Assembly (NCBI GenBank): GCA_963754925.1
Contig: CAVWHX010000005.1
Coordinates: 160,001 to 224,000 of the forward strand
Direction of reading: 5' to 3'
Length of the DNA: 64,000 nucleotides
DNA from: an uncultured delta proteobacterium
GTDB taxonomy: Bacteria; Myxococcota; B64-G9
Positions 51,521 through 61,722 of this stretch are shown here, piece after piece. Positions within the stretch are counted from its first letter, which is position 1, and each line of letters begins with the position of its first letter. The position numbers were made by a program, and so were the translations under genes. The notes below the pieces were generated by a model. It was not told where the DNA came from, ran no database searches, and saw only the letters and a list, made by a program, of their open reading frames with translations.

Positions 51521-51853
51521 TTACTTCTTGATACCGTACCGTGCGGCGAGGGTGAGAAGCTGGCCGGTGCTGAAATTCTCGAGGTGTTTGCGGTAATCGC
51601 GATCTTCTTTTTTCTCTTTTCCCATACGAGCTTGAAGAATGGATTCGGTTAATTTTTCCCGGCCGCCGAGTTCTCGCATGCGGGTCTCGCGCTGGTGGAG
51701 GGTAAGAAGCTTGCTGTTACTTTGGGTGCGCAAGGCGGTCTTAACGTCGCCCTTAGAACTTTCCCCGCCTTTGAGCAGGCCAAGGATCTCTTCCACGAGC
51801 TTCTCTTTGTTGCCGAAACGCTCTTTGACTTTTTGTAGTGGTGCCTTCTTCAT
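51521..51853 (-). CDS. Small basic hypothetical protein
   Basis: MKKAPLQKVKERFGNKEKLV.., two-fold internal repeat (GGREKL; SN.KLL / STGQLL). Confidence 0.7.
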   Translation of the reverse strand: MKKAPLQKVKERFGNKEKLVEEILGLLKGGESSKGDVKTALRTQSNSKLLTLHQRETRMRELGGREKLTESILQARMGKEKKEDRDYRKHLENFSTGQLLTLAARYGIKK

Positions 51854-52044
51854 CGTCGTACCTCTTTCTCGGTTCCCTGCCAAAAAACAAGGTTACTCCG
51901 TTACCATGATTCGGTAACCCTGGCAAGGAAAATATGTCCACCGCAGTATCGTATCAGATCTCCCCGGCTCGTTTTTCGGCCCGAACAAAAAGTTGCCATA
52001 GCATCATAGAATCGATACCATAGTGGATACGGTGAGGAATACCC

Positions 52045-53106
52045 ATGCCTAGATTGAAACGGGTTTCGGCCGATTACCTTCCCCTGCTGGTCGTTTTTGG
52101 CGTGCTGCTCAGTACCCATAGCCGAGCCGGTGAGCGCGCCGATAATCCGAGGCTCATCGGTCCACATTTTTTTGCAGAGCAAGCGGAGAAGCAGGTATTC
52201 GCGGATGGTTTGGTTATCGATTCCGGCGATGGCGTACCGCAATTAATGTCCGGTCCGGCATTGCCGGGTGAGTTGGTATTGTTAGGATCGTTTGTTCCGG
52301 GATTAATCCCGGTTGGTTGGCAACCGACTCTCGCTACGCACTTTCCCAAGGGTTTTGTAAGCGTCAAGGGGCAAAACCGCCCGGGGGAGACTCCCTCCGA
52401 ACACTTGGTCGTCATGCTCGATCCGGGGCATGGTGGAAAGGAACCCGGGGCGATAAGCAAGAGCGGTTATAGAGAAAAGCAGTTCGCCTTGGCGGTGGCC
52501 AAAAAGGTCGAATCGGCCTTAACGAACATCCCGGGGATTACGGTCGTTTTGACCCGTACGGGCGATGACACCATGAAATTGAACGATCGCGCAACCCTGG
52601 CCAATCAAGTTGAGGCTGATTTGTTTATCAGCATTCACGCCAATGGTTTCACCAACCGTCACTGGAGTGGGATCGAGACGTTCTTTCATTCCCTCGAGGC
52701 GTCGGGGGAAGAGGCGCGTCGGGTAGCCTCCAAAGAGAATACCCCGGATGTGGCGGCAGCCGACACGGGAGATGATGAGGTCAGCTTTATTCTTCAGGAT
52801 ATGCAACATAACGAGCGCTTGAAAAGTTCGAGTCGCTTAGCCCAGGTAGTACAGGAACGATTGGTGGGCGCGCTCAAGTTGACCAATAGGGGAGTGATGC
52901 AAGCCGATTTCGCGGTATTGCGCCAAACACGGATGCCGGCGGTGTTGGTTGAAATTGGGTTCATAACGAATCCACAGGAAGCGCAGCTTCTTCGTGATCC
53001 CAATATTCAGGAGCGGGCTGCCGCCGCCCTCCGCGATGCCGTCCTCGCCTATCGCGTCCTCCTCGAAAAGCAGGAAGTTCGAAAGCCCGTGGAAGCATCT
53101 CGATAG
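52045..53106 (+). CDS. N-acetylmuramoyl-L-alanine amidase (Amidase_3)
   Basis: LDPGHGG, EK..AL, FISIHAN, AVLVEIGF. Confidence 0.92.
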   Translation: MPRLKRVSADYLPLLVVFGVLLSTHSRAGERADNPRLIGPHFFAEQAEKQVFADGLVIDSGDGVPQLMSGPALPGELVLLGSFVPGLIPVGWQPTLATHFPKGFVSVKGQNRPGETPSEHLVVMLDPGHGGKEPGAISKSGYREKQFALAVAKKVESALTNIPGITVVLTRTGDDTMKLNDRATLANQVEADLFISIHANGFTNRHWSGIETFFHSLEASGEEARRVASKENTPDVAAADTGDDEVSFILQDMQHNERLKSSSRLAQVVQERLVGALKLTNRGVMQADFAVLRQTRMPAVLVEIGFITNPQEAQLLRDPNIQERAAAALRDAVLAYRVLLEKQEVRKPVEASR

Positions 53107-53149
53107 GGGCTCATGGGGCACGTCGCTTTCTCGCCGCAAGGAATCAACC

Positions 53150-53767
53150 ATGAAAGTGGTGGTCGCCAGTCGTAACCAGGGAAAGTGCACCGAGTATGCT
53201 CGGATGTTTAACACCCTGAGTTGGGAGGTGCTTTCCCTCGATCAAGCCGGGATCCCTCCGAACTTCATTCTTCCGGAAGAAGGCAGCACGCTCGAGGCCA
53301 ATGCCTATTCAAAGGCTGCCGCGGTCGCCCCGCTCGTTGCCAGGGATTTTGCCTTGGGGGATGACTCGGGGCTTATGGTGGACGCGCTCGGCGAGGCCCC
53401 GGGAGTGTTTTCGGCTCGCTATGCAGGCCTGGGCACCACCGGAGCGGAACAAGCCCGCGCAAATATCGCCAAGCTGATCGAGGCCCTAACCGGCGTGCCC
53501 GATGAGTTCCGTACGGCTCGGTTTGTCTGTCAGATAGTGATGATCGATGGTCACGGACAGAGGTTTGACTCGCGCGGTACCTGCGAGGGCCGCATTCTTC
53601 GCGCGCCGCGCGGGGAGGGCGGCTTTGGATACGATCCGGTGTTTGTGCCACAGGGCTTTGATCGCAGCATGGCCGAACTGACGCTCGATGAAAAGAATCG
53701 TATCTCTCACCGGGGAAAAGCCCTTCTCGCCTTGATGAAGAAGGTTTCCGCGCGCTACGGCAGATAA
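53150..53767 (+). CDS. rdgB: dITP/XTP pyrophosphatase
   Basis: ASRNQGK, DDSGL.VDAL, GFGYDPVF, KNRISHRG. Confidence 0.93.
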   Translation: MKVVVASRNQGKCTEYARMFNTLSWEVLSLDQAGIPPNFILPEEGSTLEANAYSKAAAVAPLVARDFALGDDSGLMVDALGEAPGVFSARYAGLGTTGAEQARANIAKLIEALTGVPDEFRTARFVCQIVMIDGHGQRFDSRGTCEGRILRAPRGEGGFGYDPVFVPQGFDRSMAELTLDEKNRISHRGKALLALMKKVSARYGR

Positions 53768-53792
53768 GACGTTACTCGCCTGAAGCTCGTTC

Positions 53793-54570
53793 CTACTTGA
53801 CCAATCTGCGGTAAAACATCCGTACGGCTGGCACGATGGGCAACGTCGCGAAGACCACGAGCCAGGCGATATCGAGCAGGAGGGTCCGATCCAGTCTCCC
53901 GACGAACAGAGATCGAGAGGCATCGACCGCGTGCGTCAGGGGACTAAACCAGGCGACTGATTGGACCCATGACGGCAATTGGTCAAGCGGAAAGAAGATT
54001 CCTGAAAAGAGAAAAATCGGCGTAACCACGAGGGTGAAGTAGTAGTTTAAAAAATTCGTATGACGGGCTTGCACTCGAAAATAACACCGCCAGTCCGCCA
54101 AAAATGATGCCGCACAGGAGTGTGAGCAACGGTACCGCGATGGCGAGGGGAGACCCGATGAGGCCGAAGGACGCTACGATTATGAGGACCGCGGTGCCGG
54201 CGACCGTGGCTTTAATTGACGCAAACATAATCTCGGCAATGGTTATTTCGGTCACTCCAACCGGGGTCGAGAGAATCCCTTCGAAGGTGTGTTGGGGATC
54301 GAGCCGGGTAAAAGTGCCAAACGTGCCCTCAAAGGAAGCCGCATACATGGCGGCTGAAATGATAAGGCCGGGAGCGATAAATTGGATGTAGCTCATCCCG
54401 CCGATCCGCGGGACCAGCGCGCCGAGGCCGTAGCCAAGCGCGATAAGAGACAACAGCGGTTCAGCCAGATTGCCGACCAATCCCGAGAAGAAGTAGCGCC
54501 GCCACACCCGCAGGTTACGGAGAAGCACGGCAAAAACACCGTGCGCGATGTTGGGCTGAAAACGAGTCAT
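53793..54570 (-). CDS. ABC-2 permease, NodJ-like (frameshift near 54050)
   Basis: EPLLSL.ALG.GLG, Y..F.APG, FLFSGIFFP, PLTH. Confidence 0.85.
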
Positions 54571-55580
54571 TCGCGCAGCTCTCTCCCGGTAAGGTTGAGA
54601 AAGACATCTTCAAGGGTTGCGTGCCGGACCGCCAAGGGCAACCCTAATTGATGGGTGGCGGTCAGGAAGGTTTGTGGGAAACTAGCCTCGGCGGTAAAAC
54701 ACGAGAGCGTGTCCTCGTGCCGTTCGACCCGGATACCCAGCTCTTTGCTCTGTTGCAATAACGCCTGCAGCCGTTCCTCGGGCAATCGGCGGGCGTCCAG
54801 AAGCGTCAACACTTCCTTGCCGGCGTGCCGGCGGATGAGCTCCGTTGGTGAATCCTGGTCGAGGATTCGGCCGCGATCGATTACCGCCAACCGATCGCAC
54901 AGTTGCTCGGCCTCTTCCATGTAGTGGGTGCACAGGAGCATGGTGGTGCCGCCGTTTTTCAAGCCTCGCAATCGCTGCCAAATGTGATGACGGGCTTGCG
55001 GATCGAGGCCGGTCGTGGGCTCGTCGAGAATCAACAGGTCCGGATTATTGATTAACCCGCGCGCGATCAAGAGCCGCCGCCGCATGCCGCCAGAAAGTTT
55101 GTCGATACGGACGCCGGCCTTGTCCTCCAATGCCATGAATAGAAGCAGCTCGTCGGCTCGTTGGCAGGCTTCATTCCGGGGGATGCCGAAGTAGCTTGCA
55201 TAGATAACCAGATTATCACGGCAGGAAAGATCGGTGTCCAGGCTGTCGTGTTGCGGGACAACCCCAATTCTGAAACGCACCTCGCGATCGCGGCGGGTCA
55301 CGTCTAATCCGAGCACCTTGAGTATGCCGCCGGACAGCGGTGAGACACAGCGCAGTAGCGACATGGTCGTCGTTTTGCCGGCGCCATTGGGGCCCAGCAG
55401 GCCGAAGCACTCGCCGGAAGCCACGTCAAACGAGATCCCGGCCAATGCCTCGAAATCGCCGTAGCTCTTGCGCAGATCCCGGGCCAGGACGGCCGTCGGG
55501 TATTCGGAGCTTTCGGCGGTCGTTACGAAACGTTGTTTTTTGACAACGGCGCCTTCAGGAGATTTTTCTTGTTGAGGCAT
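54567..55580 (-). CDS. ABC ATP-binding protein, NodI-like
   Basis: GPNGAGKT, LSGGMRRR, LDEPTTGLD, THYMEEA. Confidence 0.92.
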   Translation of the reverse strand: MPQQEKSPEGAVVKKQRFVTTAESSEYPTAVLARDLRKSYGDFEALAGISFDVASGECFGLLGPNGAGKTTTMSLLRCVSPLSGGILKVLGLDVTRRDREVRFRIGVVPQHDSLDTDLSCRDNLVIYASYFGIPRNEACQRADELLLFMALEDKAGVRIDKLSGGMRRRLLIARGLINNPDLLILDEPTTGLDPQARHHIWQRLRGLKNGGTTMLLCTHYMEEAEQLCDRLAVIDRGRILDQDSPTELIRRHAGKEVLTLLDARRLPEERLQALLQQSKELGIRVERHEDTLSCFTAEASFPQTFLTATHQLGLPLAVRHATLEDVFLNLTGRELRE

Positions 55581-55765
55581 TCAGTACTTAATGTTTGGGA
55601 CCCCCGTCTTTCGGGGCGACGGAGAGGTCGTCAAAGAGTCGGCCTTTTGTGCCATCACTTGGAGTGGGTGTCAAGATTATAGAGTTAGGTGGTTGACAGT
55701 CTCGGCCGGACTCTCTATAGTTCGGCCCCAACTGGATGTGGCGATGAACCTTAAGGAGTACCGGG

Positions 55766-57584
55766 ATGGCGCCTCGAAAGCGTTCGAAACAGCATGCTAG
55801 CAAAAAAAAGTCGGTGAGCAAGCGCGGTTTGCGTAACCGGGGGCAAACGCAGATCAATCTCTTCGAGCTTGAGGATGGGGTTGCGCAACCGCAGAGCAAA
55901 GCTCAACCGGTTTCGTCAGCTAAAAAGTCGAAGCGTCGTTTGCCACCGTCGAGGGCCGTAGCGGCGCCGCAACCCGCTGAAAAACCGCGTGAACCCGCGC
56001 CAGAGGAGGCAGCAATCAAGAACCCCCCGATCGCGGCCGAGCGTATGGCCGCCGATCAGCGGGAGATCTCAGTTTTCTGAATTCTTCACCAAGAACCGTC
56101 ACCTCCTCGGCTTCGACAACCCCCAAAAAGCGCTCCTGACCGCGGTCAAGGAAGCGGTCGACAACTCGCTCGATGCCTGCGAGGAAGCAAAAATTCTTCC
56201 CGAGGTCGAGGTCACCATCCAAGAAATTACCGAGAATCGCTTTCGCGTTCGGGTGACCGACAATGGTCCCGGGGTCGTCAAAAATCAGATCGCCAAAATC
56301 TTCGGCAAGCTCCTGTATGGCTCCAAATTCCATCGGCTCAAGCAATCTCGCGGTCAACAGGGCATCGGCATATCGGCGGCCGGCATGTACGGTCAGCTTA
56401 CTACGGGCAAGCCCTTGGTGGTTACCTCCCGCACCCGCGAGGACAGGCCCGCCATCCGCATGGAGATTAAAATCGATACCCGCAAGAACGAGCCGCAGAA
56501 ACTATCCGAGGTTGAGGTTAACGACGGGGAGTTTTCTCGCGGCACCCGGGTGGAGTTCGAACTTGAAGGCATCTACCGCAGCGGCCGTTGTTCGGTTGAT
56601 CAATACATTGAGCAAACGGCCATCGCCAATCCCCACGTCACGATGCGCTACCGCAACCCCAAGGGCGAGGAGTTTATCTATGCGCGGCTTACCGACGTGC
56701 TGCCGCGCGAGGCTATCGCCATCAAGCCGCACCCGCACGGCGTCGAGCTCGGGGTGCTGCTCAACATGCTCAAGGATACCCGCGCGCGCGATCTCAAAGG
56801 TATGATCGCCCACGACTTTTGCCGGGTGAGCGATCGCATGGCGGTGGCGATTTGTGAGGATGCCAAGCTTTCGCCGACCATCAAGGCCAAACACCTCGGT
56901 CTTGAGCAGGCCGAGAAGCTGCATGCGGCCATGGGACGAGCGAAGGTCATAAGCCCTCCCAGCGCTTGTGTGGTTCCGATCGGCGAGGAATTAATCCATA
57001 AAGGCATGGAGAAGGGGCTACGGGCCGATTTTTTCACCTCGGTCACCCGCTCGCCGGCGGTGTACCGCGGCTATCCGTTTCAGGTGGAGGTTGGTTTGGC
57101 GTGGGGGGGCGAACTGCCGGCCGAAGAGCAATGCACCCTGTACCGTTTTGCCAACCGAGTTCCGCTGCAGTACCAGCAGTCGGATTGCGCCATCACCAAG
57201 GCGGTGATCGAAACCGACTGGCGCAATTACAAAGTTCAGCAAGCGCGGGGAACGCTTCCGACCGGGCCGATGGTGATCCTGGTGCACCTGGCGTCGGTGT
57301 GGGTGCCGTTTACTTCCGAGAGCAAGGAAGCCGTAGCGCGCTATCCCGAGATCCTGCGCGAGATCAAACTCGGCCTGCAAGTGTGCGGTCGGCGGCTCTC
57401 CCAGCACCTGAGTATGCGCCGGCGCGAAGCTGAAGAAGGGCGCAAGGTTAGCTACATAGAGACCTATATCCCGCATATCGGCATCGCATTGCAGGAGATG
57501 CTGAAACTGTCCGAAAAACAAAAGGACCGGGTGATAACCACCCTTACCGAGACGTTGCGACGCAGCCGGACAACGGCTGCGTAA
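55766..57584 (+). CDS. top6B: DNA topoisomerase VI subunit B (frameshift near 56072)
   Basis: [61 protein letters not shown]. Confidence 0.92.
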
Positions 57585-57608
57585 CACCTGTTTCAATAAG
57601 GATCCCTT

Positions 57609-58708
57609 ATGGGCGCTCGCAAGCAACCAACCATGGCCGAAAAAATAACCGGCGAGGCGGAAGACGTCTACGGCAAGATCATAGCCGGCAAAAAACCCAG
57701 CATGAAGTTTCCCTTACGCTCGTTGTCCAATGTTCGGTACCGATCCGAAGTGGGATACTTCGAGCTCAAAGGCCGCAAAAAAGAGCGCACCTTGACCGTC
57801 AGCACGGTCAAGACCTTTGCCCAGACTCTGCGGATGCTCTCGCTCTCCAAAGACTTGGTCGACGGCGATGATATCGCGACCAAAAGAGAGGCCTACTACG
57901 TCTCCAAGAATTGGGGACCGGCGCGCTTCGAGGATCAACCCGAAAGCGATACGGTCATCGACGATATTGAGGCGCATTTTTGCCGTCAACCGCGAGCAGC
58001 TCGGTTTCATCCCCGAAGAAAAAGGCGGCGAGGTGGCCGGCAAGCTCACCGTGGTCGACCGCGATCGTGACACCGACAAGATCTTGAAGATCGATTGCAC
58101 CAAGTTTGGCTCGGGCGCCTATTCGATTCCCATTTCGGTTGAGCACCTCGGCTTTGAGACCAATGCGAAATTTATTCTCGCGATCGAAACCGCCGGCATG
58201 TTCCAGCGCTTGGTCAAGCATAACTACTGGAAAAAAGCGAACTGCATCCTGATCTCCATGGGCGGCGTGCCGACCCGGGCCTGTCGGCGTTTCGTCAGAC
58301 GCCTTTCGGACGAAAAGAAAATTCCGGTCTACGTCTTTGTGGACGGCGACCCCTACGGCATCGAAACATCTACCGCACCCTGAAGGTGGGTTCCGGCAAC
58401 GCCGCCCATATCAACGAGTACTTCTGCGTTCCGCACGCTACCTACCTGGGAATCACGCCGGACGATATCAATGATTACAAGCTGACGCCACACACCCGCT
58501 TAAGGAGGTCGATATCAAGCGCGCCAAGGACGCGCTCAAAAACGACCCCTTCATTATGCACCACAAAGCTTGGCAGAAGGCCTTCGAAAAGATGCTCACC
58601 ATGGGGGTGCGCGCCGAGCAACAGGCGCTCGCCAAATGGGGGCTCAACTATGTCATCGATACCTACTTGCCGCAGAAGCTGGCGAATCCGGATACGTTTT
58701 TACCGTAG
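57609..58708 (+). CDS. top6A: DNA topoisomerase VI subunit A (about 3 frameshifts near 57980, 58365, 58485)
   Basis: TKREAYY (catalytic Tyr), F.DQ.ESD, IETAGMF, GGVPTRA, DGDPYG Toprim, RAEQQA. Confidence 0.88.
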
Positions 58709-58722
58709 AAAGGAGGCGTCGC

Positions 58723-59420
58723 ATGTCCAAGTATGCAATTGTGGCGTTGATGGTCGCCGTTATCGGCGGATGTTCCACCTCGGGAAACAAGTATCCCTAT
58801 AAGGGGTCTCGGTGTTTAACGCCAACGACCTGTCCGAAAGCCTGCACCGCGGATAACGAATGCGCCCTGGCCAACAATGAGATCTGCTGTGACTTTGATG
58901 GCGTCAAGGCCTGCGCGGTGAACACCGCCTGCCCTCGTTTCTGCAACGATGAAAGCACGTGCGGATCAACTGAAACGTGTTGTCGGACGATTTTGGGATC
59001 CGATCGAAAGGAATGCACCAGCCCGGGCAATTGCCTCATCTTCTGCTCCGATAACGGACCATGTGCGAGCAACGATATTTGTTGCAAAGTGCTCAACACC
59101 CCGGCATGCGAACAACCATCGCTCTGTCCGACCTCATGCACAAAAAATGAGGATTGCGACACCTTGTATTGTTGTAACACGGTTAAGGACAACGATCCCT
59201 ATAATATTTTGTCCGCGACTGCGCTGTGCAGCCAGCCCTCGGATTGTCCGAGAACGTGCACAAGGGATTCGGATTGTGAAATCGCCAGTCAGGAGAAATG
59301 CTGCTTTGGTCTCTGCGCGCTTGCGGCAAATTGTAATGAATGTGTAACCCAAAGCGATTGCACCATCGCAAATGAAGTATGTTGTGATAATAAGGTGCTC
59401 GATTCGCCGTGGTACATTAA
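58723..59420 (+). CDS. Cys-rich repeat lipoprotein (3' end uncertain)
   Basis: AGGAGG RBS, lipobox IGGC, about 6 units of C-x3-C-x5-C-xn-CC-xn-C; the called ORF runs on antisense into the YhhN gene. Confidence 0.75.
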
Positions 59421-59427
59421 AGTATGC

Positions 59428-60090
59428 TCAATGATTTTGGGTTATGTGTTGAAGGACGCTCGCGGCGAGCAGGAGCTGGGCCAGGTAGTAGTTCGGCAGG
59501 CAACCGACCTTGTTGATGAAGCCCGGGCGGACAAACTGATCGCGGGCGACAAAACCGTCCGAAATATAGAACAATACCGCGCCGCACAAAATCAGCCACG
59601 CGCGCTGCGGCCAGAAGGCTCCGACGCCGGTCGCCACCATAATGGTAATGACCGCGATATATACGGCCACAGGCAGAACCATCCCGCTTTTTACCAAATG
59701 CGGGTGTAACCAGCGCCAGATAAGAAAGCTCGGAACGGCGACGAGTAGTAATGCCACCGGCATAGCGATGGTATCCACGCCGCGAACCATAAAGGCTGCT
59801 ATAAAAATGACATGGCCCATAAGAAAACTGACGAGCCCTCCCAAAAATATCGGTTTTCGGTCAGGGATCAAGAGCACGTCGCCGATCCAGCAAAACCCCA
59901 GCGCAACCAGTATCCACATTCCATACGAGGTGCGCAAAGCACCGGCGCCTAACGCGGCTATGATAAATCCGGTTGAAGCGAACGGTTTGGCGATCCAAAC
60001 CCCCGCTTTTTTGCCTAACCGCTCCGACGTCAACAGACCGAGCAACCCGATAACGACCATGATGCTTCCCATCCAGAACGTTGTGGTCAT
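59428..60090 (-). CDS. YhhN/TMEM86 lysoplasmalogenase-family membrane protein
   Basis: AKP, GDVLL, FL.GL.SFL.GH, GA.LF..SD, YYLAQ. Confidence 0.85.
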   Translation of the reverse strand: MTTTFWMGSIMVVIGLLGLLTSERLGKKAGVWIAKPFASTGFIIAALGAGALRTSYGMWILVALGFCWIGDVLLIPDRKPIFLGGLVSFLMGHVIFIAAFMVRGVDTIAMPVALLLVAVPSFLIWRWLHPHLVKSGMVLPVAVYIAVITIMVATGVGAFWPQRAWLILCGAVLFYISDGFVARDQFVRPGFINKVGCLPNYYLAQLLLAASVLQHITQNH

Positions 60091-60167
60091 GATGGGGTCA
60101 GCCCCTCGATTACAAAAGGAAATGAGAAGGTTGTTGCGGCAGCACGATGCTGAGGAATCAGAATCTT

Positions 60168-61674
60168 CTATATCTTCAATGATAATTCGGCCGTGACGGT
60201 CGGGTTCCATCCGCCGTAGCTATAGCTCGGATTAAGGGTTTTACTGTCATCATTTTGATAATCCGGATCATATGTTTTCGTTACCTTCCGCTTCTCCAGT
60301 ATCTGGAATTGGCCTCCAAGTATGAAGTCGGCCGATCCGTTGATAAAATCCAGACGCGGTAATCCAATTTTGACGCCGAACGAAACGACGTGTTTATTGT
60401 TGTCGAGGAAGTTGAAAATTCCTTTGACCGCATAATTCGGGACAAACGTTGGTTGATAATAGTAGCCCGCCATGACATCCAACCAGTCGAAGACTTTCGC
60501 CGAGAGGCCGACCCGCGGGATGACGATATCAAAGAACTTGGGAATCGTGTACGAGCGCGTGTCACCATACTCAGCAAGCATCACCTGCGCAAGTTCTTCA
60601 AACGCTGCCTTCGTGGTCGGACCTACCCGGAACTTCGACCACAGCTCCCAATCTGCCTGGGCCGAGACCGTGAGCCTGCCGATATCAACCGCCACTCCGG
60701 CGCTGACATAGTGAGGCGTGTAATAGTCGAAAACCGCCAGATTCAGGTTCATGTCTATATTGCCGGCAGTGGTGATGGTTTCGACATTGAACGGAGCAAT
60801 CTTCAAGAACGTTTCCTGGCGATAGGTAAGCCCTATATGAATATTTAACATGCGATCCGCCCACTCTTTTTAAATTTGCATAAATTCCGGCTACGAAGGC
60901 AGGCGCAACCTGAAGATCCATGTACGATTCTTGAGGAGGTGTCTGAGTGGCAGGCCCGATATCAACGTTGTAAATTTGCGACTGGGCTTGTCCATGGAAG
61001 GACATATTTAATCCGAGCCCGCCGCCGAACGTGTCTTCAAGAAACCCCATCCCCACACCCGTAACGATAATCATTTTCTGCGCCTCGCGCCCGTAGCGCA
61101 TGAAATCTTGGGTTCTCAGGTCGACGTCATTGACTTTGGCGGCATAGCCGAGGTCCGTTACCGCCATGGCCAACCCAAAACGAGCTGATGAAACTAAATC
61201 CGGAAACTTGAAGACCTTAAAGAGGTCTAGGGCCATACCTAAAGCCACGGCGTGAAAATCAAGGCCTTTAGTGGCATTGGTACTTAAGTTAACTGGGCTC
61301 GCGCCTATCGTAGGTATATAAGACCGCTGCGGGATGTTGAGATAGAATTGAGGAGACGTATAAAAATAATTTATCGCAATCTCATTGGGGAAAAACTCCT
61401 CAACTTCATCGCCTCCACCTTCCGGGGTGCGCGTCGTCCTCAGATGCACCGTTTTCCCGAGACCGGCAATGTTGTAATAGAGCGAGGACCAATCGTCCAC
61501 GATGGCGGTCATGGCATTACCCATGGAAATTCCCTGGGCGGAGAATCCATACGTATCCGCAAAATTGTTGGCCAGCGCAACAGCCGATGACAGCGCTAAA
61601 GCCAGTGTAACAAATGCGATAACACCCGACAGCGACATTTGCTTTTTCAAAGTAGTACCCTCCTTACGGTTCAT
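60168..61674 (-). CDS. Outer-membrane FadL/TodX-like beta-barrel (frameshift near 60855)
   Basis: Signal peptide, GFSAQGISMGNA.TA..DD.SS.YYN.AGL hatch motif, beta-strand pattern. Confidence 0.7.
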
Positions 61675-61722
61675 GGTCTATTCGATAACAATAGTAACGG
61701 GTTAGTTCTTGTGTTGATTTCA

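Noticed and set aside
59420..59709. C-terminal extension of the Cys-rich protein
   Set aside because: It is the antisense of the YhhN gene; likely read-through from a missed stop.
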